A stretch of 63,647 nt of DNA, filler included, from Candidatus Woesearchaeota archaeon (GTDB lineage: Archaea > Nanobdellota > Nanobdellia > Woesearchaeales > CG1-02-33-12): assembly GCA_018399355.1 (NCBI GenBank). It is 16 parts of 16 records of this genome, joined end to end, with 100 filler letters (N's around TTAATTAATTAA, not from the genome) between each part and the next. Parts side by side here need not be neighbours in the genome. Positions count along the whole stretch, not along the records: positions 8,594 to 36,297 come from JAGYOA010000007.1; 15 more parts are not named here. The stretch is one strand, 5' to 3'. The notes under the pieces were generated by a model. It ran no database searches. It saw only the letters and a list, made by a program, of their open reading frames with translations, and was not told where the DNA came from. The position numbers and the translations under genes are program-made. Positions 19,080 through 30,452 of the stretch are shown here, piece by piece. The stretch's first letter is position 1; each line of letters opens with the position of its first letter.

Positions 19080-21131
19080 TTATTTTTCCTGCTGCTTGCT
19101 TTTACAGTTAGGATTTATGCAGAATACCCATGGCCTTCTGCCTTTAGTTATTACCATAACCATTGGATAACCGCATTCAGGACATTCTTTTTCTGCTGAT
19201 TTTACAAGCCCTTTTTGCGGCAGGCTGAATGTGGTTTTGCATTTAGGATAGGCATCGCAGGCAATAAACCTTTTTTTTGTTTTCTTTGAGAATATTACTC
19301 TTAAATTACCTTTTTTGCATACAGGGCATTTTCCTATGTAGCTTTCCTTATTTCTTGTTTCAATAGTTGCTTCCTTTAATCCTTCGCCTATATCTTTCTC
19401 TTTTTTCTTGAAATCCTCGAGAATTTCCTTAAGGTTTTCTTTTGCTTTTTTTAATATTTGATCGGGTTTTTTCTCTCCATTCTCGATTTCTTCCATCTCA
19501 AGCTCGAACTGTCTTGTTAATTCCTCATCAAGTATTTTAGGGCAGTATTTCTCAAGCGTATCAACAGTGCTTATTCCTAGGTCAGTTGCTTCTATTGATT
19601 TTCCTGTTACATAACCTCTTTGGAATAGCGTATCAACAATATGGGCTCTTGTTGCTTTTGTTCCAAGGTTTTTTTTAGCTAATTCTTTTATTATAGATGA
19701 AGGGGTGTAATGCTTTGGAGGTTGTGTTTCCTTGTCAAGCATTTCTATTTTCTTTACATCAACATTTTCACCCTGCTTTACATCTGGAAGCTCTTCTTCT
19801 TTTCCTGCAACATAAGGAGCATAAAACTTGTGCCATCCTTTCTCAATAGTTGTTGTTCCCTTTGCAACAAAAATTTCAGTGTTGCAGTCAATTTTTATAG
19901 TCATTGTCTGCTTTGTTGCTGGCTCTGCAAAAACAGACATAAACCTTTTTACAATTAAATCATAAAGTTTGAGCTCTTTATCTTTAATTCCTTTTGGAGG
20001 AACCCCTGTTGGATAGATTGCAGGATGAGCAGGGTCTGTACTCTTGCCTTCACTTGGAGTTAAATTTGTTTTCATAATTTCGCTGCACAATACAGCATAA
20101 TTTTTCTGCTTTGAAAGGTCCTGGAGAATTTTTTTATATCCAATTTCTTTTGGCAGCTTTTGGCTGGATGTTCTTGGGTATGATATAAATCCAGATGTAT
20201 AAAGCTCCTGCGCAATCTCAAGCGATTCTTTTGGAGATATTCTTAATGCCCTGTATGCCTCAACTTGCATTGTTGTAAGGTCAAAAGGAGTAGGAGGACT
20301 TTGCTGAAATTTCTTTTTTTCAACATTGGATATTTTTGCATTTTTTTGATCTTTAACTTTCTTCATTACTTGATTTGCTTTATCTTTTTCCCAGAACTTA
20401 TCCTGTTCGTGCATAGCAGTAATATCTCCTTTGTCAACAACTCCATCCAGCTGGATTTGCCAGAAAGGAACAGGCTTAAAAGCTTTTATTTCCCTTTCAC
20501 GGTCAACTATTATTTTTAATGCAGGTCCTTGTACACGTCCGGAACTTAATACCTTAAAAAAACCAGCTGATTTTATTGCCAGAGTAAGTGCCCTTGAAAG
20601 GTTTATTCCATAGTACCAGTCCAGCTCATGCCTTGTCTCACCAGCATCTGCCAATCCATGGTTAATTGTTTTTGATTTTGTTTCATATGCTTTTACAATA
20701 TCCTCTTTTGTGAGTGTTGAGAATTTCATTCTGTTTGCTTCTTTTTTTTTGCATACAAACCTTAAAACATTAAATCCTATAAGTTCCCCTTCTACATCAT
20801 AATCACATGCCAGAATAAAGGAATTAGCATCTTTGCATGTTTTTTTAATTGTCTCAAGGTATTTTTTTGTGAATTTTGAGCCGTTGCTTTGTTCGTATGA
20901 AGGAATCCATTTTATATCAAACACAGGATAAACCCATCCTTTCTTTTCTTTTTCTTCTAAACCGTAAAGATGGCCGACTGCGCAGCAGACAACAATATCT
21001 TTGTTTCCGCGGGTAATTTTGTAGTAAGGAACTTTTTTGTAGGATTCTTTTATGACTTTTCCATCGGCGAGAGCGCTTGCTATTTTTTCCGCGGCCTTTG
21101 GCTTTTCGGTTATAATTAATTCATGGCCCAT
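19080..21131 (-). CDS. topA: Type IA DNA topoisomerase
   Basis: ITEKP, DYDVEGE, SSGRVQ, ISYPRT (catalytic Tyr), C-terminal Zn ribbons. Confidence 0.97.
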   Translation of the reverse strand: MGHELIITEKPKAAEKIASALADGKVIKESYKKVPYYKITRGNKDIVVCCAVGHLYGLEEKEKKGWVYPVFDIKWIPSYEQSNGSKFTKKYLETIKKTCKDANSFILACDYDVEGELIGFNVLRFVCKKKEANRMKFSTLTKEDIVKAYETKSKTINHGLADAGETRHELDWYYGINLSRALTLAIKSAGFFKVLSSGRVQGPALKIIVDREREIKAFKPVPFWQIQLDGVVDKGDITAMHEQDKFWEKDKANQVMKKVKDQKNAKISNVEKKKFQQSPPTPFDLTTMQVEAYRALRISPKESLEIAQELYTSGFISYPRTSSQKLPKEIGYKKILQDLSKQKNYAVLCSEIMKTNLTPSEGKSTDPAHPAIYPTGVPPKGIKDKELKLYDLIVKRFMSVFAEPATKQTMTIKIDCNTEIFVAKGTTTIEKGWHKFYAPYVAGKEEELPDVKQGENVDVKKIEMLDKETQPPKHYTPSSIIKELAKKNLGTKATRAHIVDTLFQRGYVTGKSIEATDLGISTVDTLEKYCPKILDEELTRQFELEMEEIENGEKKPDQILKKAKENLKEILEDFKKKEKDIGEGLKEATIETRNKESYIGKCPVCKKGNLRVIFSKKTKKRFIACDAYPKCKTTFSLPQKGLVKSAEKECPECGYPMVMVITKGRRPWVFCINPNCKSKQQEK

Positions 21132-21241
21132 TTAACAAAAGAGTTCACAAGTCTTATAAAAAGCTTGTGGAATTTATGTTTTTATTAAAAAACCCAAAAC
21201 ATATAAAAACAAGCAAGGATTATTTATTTCTATTAGTTTAA

Positions 21242-22249
<1,008 letters not shown>

Positions 22250-22262
22250 TTTTTCTTTATAT

Positions 22263-23420
22263 ATGAAGAGGAATAATATGAAAGAAATAGTTTCAGTTGT
22301 GAAGTGCGATTCTTACGATGAAAAGGTTGTGCTTGAGAAAGTAAGAGAATCTCTTAAATTAATAGACTTCAAGATAGAAAAAGGCACTAATGTCCTTATA
22401 AAGCCAAATGCGCTGATGGGCAAACACCCAGATGAAGCTGTTACAACCCATCCTTCAATAATAAATGCAGTATGTGAAATACTGAAAGAGAATGAATGCA
22501 ATATCTCAATAGGGGAATCAGCAGGATTTATGGCCATAGGCGGAACTGATTACGCGCTTGAAAAAAGCGGGATAAAAAAAGTTGCTGAAAAATTCAATGC
22601 AAAAATAATAAACTTTGATAAGTCAGGAATACTTTCTAAAGAGATAGATGGAAAGGTTTTAAGCAAAATAAACATTGCAAAGCCAATTCTTGATGCTGAT
22701 TTCATAATAAATCTTCCAAAGCTGAAAACACACTCCTTAGTTGGATATACCGGAGCTGTTAAGAATATGTTTGGAATAATTCCTGGAGGAAAAAAAGGGG
22801 ATTATCATAAAACATGCGGAAATCAGAAAAACTTTTCTGAACTTTTGATTGATATTTATCTTGCAAGAAAGCCGGATTTAAATATAATGGATGGAATCAT
22901 AGGAATGGAAGGAAACGGCCCTTCAGCAGGAAAAATAAAAAAAACAGGGATTATAATTGCAAGCGAAAACGGAATAGCACTTGATTTTGTTGCTGAAAAA
23001 ATAATAGGATTTAAAGGAGATGACATCCAGACAAACACTGCATTAATAAGAAGAAATCTCAAGCCAGAGATTGAAGTAAAGGGAGAAAAAGATATAAGAA
23101 TAGAATATGAAAAACCAATAAAAACATTCAGGGGAAGACTTGAGTTTTTAATGAAGATATACTATATTCTCGTAAACCCAAAAATAAGAGTAAACCATAA
23201 TAAATGCAGGAAGTGCCTTGCATGCATGAAATCATGTCCTGCAAAGGCAATAACCTTTGTTGATGGAAAGATAAAAATCAATAAAAACAAGTGTATAATG
23301 TGTTATTGCTGCCATGAGATGTGTCCTGAGGGTGCAATAGACATAGGATCCTCAAAATTCGCAAAATTTATAACCAAAATTAAATCTCCAATTTTAAAGG
23401 TGTTAAAATGCAAACAATAA
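22263..23420 (+). CDS. DUF362 domain protein with C-terminal 2x[4Fe-4S] ferredoxin
   Basis: VLIKPN, TTHP, NLPKLKTH, GMEGNGPS; two CxxCxxCxxxCP motifs. Confidence 0.9.
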   Translation: MKRNNMKEIVSVVKCDSYDEKVVLEKVRESLKLIDFKIEKGTNVLIKPNALMGKHPDEAVTTHPSIINAVCEILKENECNISIGESAGFMAIGGTDYALEKSGIKKVAEKFNAKIINFDKSGILSKEIDGKVLSKINIAKPILDADFIINLPKLKTHSLVGYTGAVKNMFGIIPGGKKGDYHKTCGNQKNFSELLIDIYLARKPDLNIMDGIIGMEGNGPSAGKIKKTGIIIASENGIALDFVAEKIIGFKGDDIQTNTALIRRNLKPEIEVKGEKDIRIEYEKPIKTFRGRLEFLMKIYYILVNPKIRVNHNKCRKCLACMKSCPAKAITFVDGKIKINKNKCIMCYCCHEMCPEGAIDIGSSKFAKFITKIKSPILKVLKCKQ

Positions 23421-24574
23421 AAGATATTGATGTAAACGGAAAGAAAGTATTGGTTAGGGTTGACTTTAATGTTCCTATTGATGAAAAAGGAAATGTTCTG
23501 GATGAGGAAAGGATTGTTTCATCCTTGCAAACAATAAATTATCTAATTGAGAATAATGCAAAAGTAATACTTATGAGCCATCTGGGAAGGCCAGACGGAG
23601 AGGTTATTGAAAAACTTAAGATGGATAAGGTTGCAAAGGCGCTTGGAGACCTTATTGAAAAAGAAATAATAAAGATAGATGACTGCATAGGAGAGCAGGT
23701 TAAGGCAAGAATACAGCAGATGAAGGATAAGGATGTTGCATTGCTTGAAAACCTGAGGTTTTACAAGGAAGAGGAAGAAAATGATCCTGGATTTGCTGAA
23801 GAGCTTGCTAGCCTTGCTGATATATATGTTAATGACGCGTTTGCAAATTCCCACAGAAGCCATGCATCTATGGAAGGAATAACAAAATTTATTTCAAGCT
23901 ATGCCGGCTTTCTTGTTGAGAAAGAGATGACCATTCTTTCAAAAATAACACAGAATCCTGAAAAGCCCTTTGTTGCAATAATTGGAGGGGCAAAGGCGGA
24001 CAAAATAGCTGTGATAAGAAACCTTTTGAATTTTGCAGATAAAATCATAGTAGGAGGGATTCTGGCTAATACTTTTTTAAAGGCAAATGACTCAAACATA
24101 GGAATTTCAAAGTTTGATTCTGAATCTGTTAATGCAGCCAAGGAATTGTTATCTCAGGCCAATGGAAGAATAATCCTTCCTGTTGATGTATTCGCAGCCA
24201 AGTCAATTGAAAAAGGAGAAAATTCAAAGATAGTTAAGATAGAAAAAATGACAGATGACTTAATGATCGGTGATATTGGACCAGATACAATAGCCCTTTA
24301 TAAAAAAGAAATGAAGGATGCAAAGACAGTTGTATGGGGCGGCCCACTGGGAGCCTTTGAATATGAGAAATTTGAAGGCGGAACTCATGAGATAGCATTG
24401 TTTTTGTCTGACTTAAAGGCAAAGGTCTTTATCGGAGGAGGAGAGTCTGGAACTGCAATGAAAAAGTTTGGACTTGAAAACAAGGTTAACTTTATCTCTA
24501 CAGGAGGGGGAGCATTCCTTGAGTTTTTAAGCGGAAAAACATTGCCTGCAATAAAGGCCTTACAGAAAAATTAG
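23408..24574 (+). CDS. pgk: Phosphoglycerate kinase
   Basis: RVDFNVP, SHLGRP, LLENLRF, STGGGAFLE. Confidence 0.96.
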   Translation: MQTIKDIDVNGKKVLVRVDFNVPIDEKGNVLDEERIVSSLQTINYLIENNAKVILMSHLGRPDGEVIEKLKMDKVAKALGDLIEKEIIKIDDCIGEQVKARIQQMKDKDVALLENLRFYKEEEENDPGFAEELASLADIYVNDAFANSHRSHASMEGITKFISSYAGFLVEKEMTILSKITQNPEKPFVAIIGGAKADKIAVIRNLLNFADKIIVGGILANTFLKANDSNIGISKFDSESVNAAKELLSQANGRIILPVDVFAAKSIEKGENSKIVKIEKMTDDLMIGDIGPDTIALYKKEMKDAKTVVWGGPLGAFEYEKFEGGTHEIALFLSDLKAKVFIGGGESGTAMKKFGLENKVNFISTGGGAFLEFLSGKTLPAIKALQKN

Positions 24575-25035
24575 CTTTTTTTATTTATCTTATTTATGAA
24601 TTTTTTTACTTTTTTTATGTGTTTTTCTTGTTTTATTTCTTGTTCTGTTAAGGATAAACATGCAGTAGGATTTGATTCGCAAACTCTTTCCATCTCAAGA
24701 AATACTTTTTTGTCATCATTTCCTTTCATAGTGCAGAAGAAGGCAGCATTATTTATTTTTTCATTGTTTTGAAATAAATAAGTTCTTACTGGGCTGGCCA
24801 TGTTTCCTGCCCATACTGGTGTTCCAATTATAACCATATCATAATTCTTAGGGTTAATTTCTGTTTGTTTTATTTTTGGCATTATTTTAAATAGGGACTC
24901 AAATGCTGATTTAAAAAATCCCTTTGGTTTGGCATCGAATATCTCTTCTATATCACAGTTTAGAACTTCTGAAATATTTACTGCAATTTCTTTTGTGTTT
25001 CCAGTTTTTGAGTAAAATACAACCAAAGCTTTCAT
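24571..25035 (-). CDS. Flavodoxin
   Basis: YSKTGNT, IGTPVWAG. Confidence 0.9.
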   Translation of the reverse strand: MKALVVFYSKTGNTKEIAVNISEVLNCDIEEIFDAKPKGFFKSAFESLFKIMPKIKQTEINPKNYDMVIIGTPVWAGNMASPVRTYLFQNNEKINNAAFFCTMKGNDDKKVFLEMERVCESNPTACLSLTEQEIKQEKHIKKVKKFINKINKKS

Positions 25036-25080
25036 ATTAACCTTTTTTATGGATTCATATATAAATCTTTTTAGTGAATT

Positions 25081-25293
25081 TTATTTAAACATTCTATAAA
25101 ATGGTTTTATTGTAGCTATTATAAAAATCATAAAGTACCAGTACCATTCCAGATTTAATATTGGCATCCATAGCTTTGCTATCATCAATGCAAAAGCAAA
25201 AACAGCAAGCTTTGTTAAAGCAATATCTGTCCAGTCCATTTCCTTTATTTTAGAGTTAGCCCATTCAAAAAGACCCATAAGATCACCTCTCAT
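25081..25293 (-). CDS. Small membrane protein (start likely MGLFEW after GAGGTGA SD)
   Basis: Two hydrophobic segments. Confidence 0.6.
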   Translation of the reverse strand: MRGDLMGLFEWANSKIKEMDWTDIALTKLAVFAFALMIAKLWMPILNLEWYWYFMIFIIATIKPFYRMFK

Positions 25294-25342
25294 ATTTCTT
25301 TGATTTAGGTATATTTAATGATTTCGGTTAAGAAAAATAAGG

Positions 25343-25457
25343 AGGACAGCTTTCTGAGTTTCCCATTCAAAAGAACAGTACACCCCAAAACGTAGGCCTG
25401 CTTGACTTCCGAGTTCGAGATGGGATCGGGTAGTTCCAGACCACTATGGCCGTCCAA
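25343..25457 (-). rRNA. rrf: 5S rRNA, stand-alone
   Basis: GGACGGCCATAG...CCCGATCCCATCTCGAACTCGGAAGTCAAG...TGGGAAAC...GCTGTCC; helix I pairs; own TATA upstream. Confidence 0.93.
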
Positions 25458-25501
25458 TATCAGGAAACTTGGTTTTATTTATAAATATTGCGGTTTTACC
25501 A

Positions 25502-25663
25502 CTAAAAAAAGGCATATATGAAAGGAGATACTCCACTGCTTTGACCTATAACAACTAATATTCCAACTAATATCAGCATTATAATCATGGGCACGAGCCA
25601 CCATGCTTTTCTTTCCATTAAAAAATCCCATGTTTCCCTTAATAATGATCTATTTTTCGTCAT
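25502..25663 (-). CDS. DUF5989/SxtK-like 53-aa membrane peptide (not in ORF track)
   Basis: Manual translation MTKNRSLLRETWDFLMERKAWWLVPMII...SPFIYAFF*. Confidence 0.85.
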   Translation of the reverse strand: MTKNRSLLRETWDFLMERKAWWLVPMIIMLILVGILVVIGQSSGVSPFIYAFF

Positions 25664-27010
25664 TTATTCACCTTTTGAACTAATATTTAATTCATTTAAA
25701 ATAATTCCTGCAACATTTTCTGCTATCAATCTGTTACCCTTTGGTGTGCAGTGTCCAAAACTACCATTAGCAAGCTTATCAACAAAATAATTCCAATAAT
25801 CCTCTTCTGCTAAAGCATCATTGAAGTTTTCCTTGTTGCTGACAAAGATTATATCCTTCTTATCATCTTCATCAAACATAATCTTTAAATCATTAACATC
25901 CATTGTAGGATACTGCATTGCAATATATTTTATATCTCTTTTTTTCAACTCATTGTAAAGCTCATTGTAATGGTATTTTGTTACATCAGAAAACATCCCA
26001 TAATAATCTCTTTCTTTTATTTCTATCTCTATTTTCCCTTCTGTTATTTTGTTGTTTTCATGAATATTCATACTACCAATATAAACCTCATCTGATTTTT
26101 CATTAATGTATATATTATTATTTTTTTCTGAACATATGTTAATTATTCTTTCGGCTTCTTTATCTTCTCCTGCATCGAGATATAGTTCACTTAATTTTTT
26201 ATAAATATATACATATTCAGGATCTTTTTCTAATCCTTCTTTAAGAACCTCTTCAGCCTCATCATATCTATCTTGTTTCATGTAAATCTTACCTAAACTA
26301 GCATAAATTGCCCCATATTCAGGATCTTTTTCTAATCCTTCTTTAAGAACCTCTTCAGCCTCGTAATAATTATCCATTTTAATGTAAACTTTGCTCAAAC
26401 CTACATAAAGATTTACATTATCAGGATTCTTTTCCAACTTTTTCATAAATTCTTCTTCTTGGTTTAATAAATCATCACTCTTTTCTAAAACATTATTTTT
26501 TCCTATCAAATTTTTAAAAGAATCAATTATTAATTTAATTAGTTTATAAACCCTAAAACTCTTAAGAATTAGATAATTTTCATTTTTTATGTCATTTTTA
26601 TAGATTACACTAATCTCTCTATCATTAACACCCATCATTGTTATGACTATATTAGGGTTATACTTTTCTAAATTTTCATCAAGTTTTGATAATATAAATA
26701 CAGTTCTTGTCCCTGCAAGTCCCTCATTAAAAACCTTAAATTTAATATCTTTACTCTTATTATTTAATATCCTCTCAAGATAGGCAGGCCAGGAAGACGT
26801 CCCCCCAAAAGCAGTAGTAGACTCTCCAAGACATAAAATCCTATACTCTGCATCAAGATCTTCTTTATTATGTGCTCTTTGATAAGAAGAAAGAACAAAT
26901 CCACCAACACGAAGAAAAACTTCAAGAAAAACAAAAGCCAAAAATATCCCAAAAAATATCAAAAACAATTTCTGAATTAAACTTTTCTTTAGCACTCTTT
27001 TCTTTTTCAT
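25664..27010 (-). CDS. SGNH/GDSL-like hydrolase with inserted TPRs
   Basis: CLGESTT, MMGVND, GHCT; tandem TPR repeats. Confidence 0.8.
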   Translation of the reverse strand: MKKKRVLKKSLIQKLFLIFFGIFLAFVFLEVFLRVGGFVLSSYQRAHNKEDLDAEYRILCLGESTTAFGGTSSWPAYLERILNNKSKDIKFKVFNEGLAGTRTVFILSKLDENLEKYNPNIVITMMGVNDREISVIYKNDIKNENYLILKSFRVYKLIKLIIDSFKNLIGKNNVLEKSDDLLNQEEEFMKKLEKNPDNVNLYVGLSKVYIKMDNYYEAEEVLKEGLEKDPEYGAIYASLGKIYMKQDRYDEAEEVLKEGLEKDPEYVYIYKKLSELYLDAGEDKEAERIINICSEKNNNIYINEKSDEVYIGSMNIHENNKITEGKIEIEIKERDYYGMFSDVTKYHYNELYNELKKRDIKYIAMQYPTMDVNDLKIMFDEDDKKDIIFVSNKENFNDALAEEDYWNYFVDKLANGSFGHCTPKGNRLIAENVAGIILNELNISSKGE

Positions 27011-27046
27011 CCTTTAATATTATCACTCTTTTTTATTAGAAAATTA

Positions 27047-28480
27047 TCAATCACCATTTATAAACCTAACTTTATTATCTAATTCTAAAATTTCTTTTTC
27101 ATAATTCTTGATAACATCCTTTGTATTTAGGTTTCTTATTTCAGCAAAGGATGTATAATACTTAGTTCTTAACCACTTGATTTTCTTTAGCCAATAAAGT
27201 CTTTTCAGTTGATTTTGAGTAATATCATCTAATTCAAGATTATCGATTCTTGATGTGTCATTTTCTCTGAAGAAATCTTCCATTATGTGCTTGACTATCT
27301 CATAGGACACTTTCTTATTTGCATGCAGTTTCATATGGCAATAATCAAAAAACTCATCATAACCAGGAATTCCATCCTTAGTATACTTCATGAAATCATG
27401 TTCCATATCAATTACCTTTACGTATTCATTAGAGGTTATATTTCTAATAATATTATTCCATTGTGACCTGGTCCTTACAAATGATTTGTCCATATCTTTT
27501 GCCATAATATAATGCTCTCTTGCAGTATCATAGTTACCAAGGTTATCATAGCATTTAGCAATATAAAAGAGTTTAAGACTATTAGTCCGGTATTCTCCTT
27601 TTTTGAGATGTTCAATACATTCATCATATTTCTCTTTTTCCATTAATTGATTTATCATTATTTTTTCTTCATTATCTATAATATCTGATGGGATCCAGCC
27701 CCTTATATTATTTGGTACTGTAAGAAAATATACTGGAATTTTATATTCATATGCCTTATATGTAATCTCATCAACATTTTTTTTGAATTTTACAGAATTA
27801 TAATTCACTACTTCCTTAAAATTCAAACTTTTATTTAGTTCAAATTCATTACCAACCTGTGAATTATCTCTTTCATTATTTCCAGATAAAATTATTACTA
27901 AATCTGCATCACCAAATTTAGTTATGTCGTTAAATGTATTAGTAGAACTTGCTAAGGAACATGCCCCCTTTGCGGCATTTATAACTTCAATATCCTTTGT
28001 AGGATAAAGCTTTTTAAGATATTTTTCTATCCAAGTGGAAATGCCACCTTCATTTGGCATTTTTAATAAACCACCAAGTTCGTCATAAATACTATTCTGC
28101 TGATGTACATAAGGAGATCCCATTGCTTCTGAACCACCAAGAATAAAAATACGAAATCCATTATCTTTTTTTTCAACTAAAAATCTATCTTTAATCATAT
28201 TTGGGTGAACTAATAAATAATATGAACCTTTTTTCACAAAATTGATACTAGAACTCTTACTGTCAGTTTTTACTAATAGAGTTTCAACAACCATCATAGC
28301 TAATATAATAATTATTATAAATGAAATAATTATATATACTGCTAAGATTAAATTAAAAGTATTCTTTCTTTTAGATTTTTTATTATATCTTTTAGGTTTG
28401 TAATTAACTCTCTTGAAATTATTTTTATTATTTGCTTGTTTTTTTATTGTCCTTTTATTAGTATTATTTGTGCTTTTCAT
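27047..28480 (-). CDS. Membrane-anchored SGNH-like protein with TPR
   Basis: ILGGSEA, SGNNE, FFDYCH. Confidence 0.75.
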   Translation of the reverse strand: MKSTNNTNKRTIKKQANNKNNFKRVNYKPKRYNKKSKRKNTFNLILAVYIIISFIIIIILAMMVVETLLVKTDSKSSSINFVKKGSYYLLVHPNMIKDRFLVEKKDNGFRIFILGGSEAMGSPYVHQQNSIYDELGGLLKMPNEGGISTWIEKYLKKLYPTKDIEVINAAKGACSLASSTNTFNDITKFGDADLVIILSGNNERDNSQVGNEFELNKSLNFKEVVNYNSVKFKKNVDEITYKAYEYKIPVYFLTVPNNIRGWIPSDIIDNEEKIMINQLMEKEKYDECIEHLKKGEYRTNSLKLFYIAKCYDNLGNYDTAREHYIMAKDMDKSFVRTRSQWNNIIRNITSNEYVKVIDMEHDFMKYTKDGIPGYDEFFDYCHMKLHANKKVSYEIVKHIMEDFFRENDTSRIDNLELDDITQNQLKRLYWLKKIKWLRTKYYTSFAEIRNLNTKDVIKNYEKEILELDNKVRFINGD

Positions 28481-28484
28481 TATT

Positions 28485-30215
28485 TTATATTACCTTTTGG
28501 TTATTCTTCTTTTTTATTAAAAAATTACCAATAACTAAAAAATCAATTCCTGTTTTCATCATGCAATTATATGCTTCTTCAGGAGAGCATACTATTGGTT
28601 CGCCCATCACATTAAATGAAGTGTTTATTATTATTGGAACATTTGAAAGCTTTTCAAACTCTCTTATTAGGCCATAATAAAGAGGATTATTTTCTCTTTT
28701 TATTGTCTGCAGTCTTCCTGAGCCATCAACATGAGTTACAGATGGAATCTTTTCATGCCATTGTTTTTTTATTGAATAAACAGCAAGCATAAAATCAGTT
28801 ATTTTTGGCAATGGATCATCACATTCAAAATATTTAGAAACATCCTCAATGCAGACAGCAGGAGCAAAAGGCCTAAAATCCTCGCGGTGCTTTACTTTCT
28901 TGTTAAGAATATCCTTCATATCCTTATTGCATGGATTTGCAAGTATACTTCTACTGCCTAATGCCCTTGGGCCAAACTCCATCCTCCCCTGAAACCATGC
29001 AACAATATTGTTATTATATATTAATTTTGTAGTTGTTTTTATCAGTTCTTGTTTATTTTTGAATTCTCTATATTCAATGTGATTCTTATCAAAAAATTCT
29101 TTTATTTGCTCTTTTGAAAAATCTGGTCCAAGATAAGCATTTTCAAGAACAAAATTTCTTTTTTTATTAAGAATAGAGTTATATGCATATGCTGCAGCTC
29201 CAATACTTGTTCCTCCATCTCCTGGGTCTGGCAATATCCATAAATTTTTGAAATTAGTGTTTTTTATTATCTTTCCGTTTGCAACACTGTTTAATGCGCA
29301 TCCGCCTGAAAGAACAAGGTTATCGCATTCTGTTTGTTTTTGTGCATGATCTAGTATTTTGAATAATGCTTCTTCATATATCATCTGCAATGCAGCCGCA
29401 ATATCTTTATGGCGCTTTGTTATTTTTTCATCAGGCTTTCTTATATTTCCATTAAGAAGGTTGCACATCTTTTTTGATGGCATTCTATCTGCAAAATGAT
29501 AAACAAAATAACTCATATCAAGATTATAGCTTCCATCTTCTTTTATATCAATAATCTTTTTTAGCTTTTTGTAATAGGAGTTTTTTCCCTTATCCATAAT
29601 TCCATAAGAACTCAAGCCCATAACCTTGTATTCTGAATTATTAACCTTAAATCCAAGATATGAAGTTATTGTTGAGTAAAGCATTCCCAGCGAGCTTGGA
29701 AATTTTATTTCTTTGATTAATTTTATTTTATTCTCTTCCCCGCTTCCATAAGTAGTTGTTGTCCATTCCCCAACACCATCAACAGTTATAATTGCAGCTT
29801 TTTTAAAAGGACTTAATAGAAAACTTGCTGCATGCGCTATATGATGTTCTATGAAAAAAATATCCTTTTTGTATTTTAGTTTTTTTCTTATTGTTTTGAT
29901 TAGCCTTACTTTTTCATTCATCCAAGAGGGCATTGATGATATGAATGTTTTAATACTCAAAGGAAACATCTGCAGATGCTGGTATAAAATCCTTTCAAAT
30001 TTCAGAAAAGGTTTTTCATAGAAAGAAATAAAATCAATATCATCAATTGTTATGTCTTGGCTTTTGAGGCAGTAGTTTATTGAGTTTATTGGAAATGAAA
30101 CATCATGCTTTTTCCTTGTGAACCTTTCTTCTGCAGCTGCAGCTACAATCTTTCCATCCTTCAACAATGCTGCAGATGCATCATGATAATAACAGCTTAT
30201 TCCTAGTATATACAT
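28485..30215 (-). CDS. CmcH/NodU-family O-carbamoyltransferase
   Basis: HDASAAL, EERFTRKKH, EYKVMGL, GGCALNSVANG, EFGPRALG, NTSFN. Confidence 0.96.
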   Translation of the reverse strand: MYILGISCYYHDASAALLKDGKIVAAAAEERFTRKKHDVSFPINSINYCLKSQDITIDDIDFISFYEKPFLKFERILYQHLQMFPLSIKTFISSMPSWMNEKVRLIKTIRKKLKYKKDIFFIEHHIAHAASFLLSPFKKAAIITVDGVGEWTTTTYGSGEENKIKLIKEIKFPSSLGMLYSTITSYLGFKVNNSEYKVMGLSSYGIMDKGKNSYYKKLKKIIDIKEDGSYNLDMSYFVYHFADRMPSKKMCNLLNGNIRKPDEKITKRHKDIAAALQMIYEEALFKILDHAQKQTECDNLVLSGGCALNSVANGKIIKNTNFKNLWILPDPGDGGTSIGAAAYAYNSILNKKRNFVLENAYLGPDFSKEQIKEFFDKNHIEYREFKNKQELIKTTTKLIYNNNIVAWFQGRMEFGPRALGSRSILANPCNKDMKDILNKKVKHREDFRPFAPAVCIEDVSKYFECDDPLPKITDFMLAVYSIKKQWHEKIPSVTHVDGSGRLQTIKRENNPLYYGLIREFEKLSNVPIIINTSFNVMGEPIVCSPEEAYNCMMKTGIDFLVIGNFLIKKKNNQKVI

Positions 30216-30221
30216 TTTAAC

Positions 30222-30452
30222 CTAAAATTGACGGTAATCATCATCTTTTTCTGTTTTTGATTTTAAATCTATCCAATAAGAGCTTTTTTTGTTTTTAGTC
30301 TCAATAAAAACCTTTCCAAATATTTTTGCAATGATTGAAGTTATTCCAACACCAATAAAATAAACTACTGAAAGTAAGATAAAATTAATAATAGAAGTAA
30401 GAATATTACTTATCCATTTTAGTCCATTAAAAATAATCTTGAAAATATTCAT
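30222..30452 (-). CDS. SxtJ-like membrane protein
   Basis: ILLSVVYF, SYW and C-terminal RQF; adjacent to the carbamoyltransferase. Confidence 0.7.
   Translation of the reverse strand: MNIFKIIFNGLKWISNILTSIINFILLSVVYFIGVGITSIIAKIFGKVFIETKNKKSSYWIDLKSKTEKDDDYRQF

Noticed and set aside
25502..30452. Saxitoxin biosynthesis
   Set aside because: Only sxtI/J/K-like genes are present; no sxtA, sxtG or other core genes.
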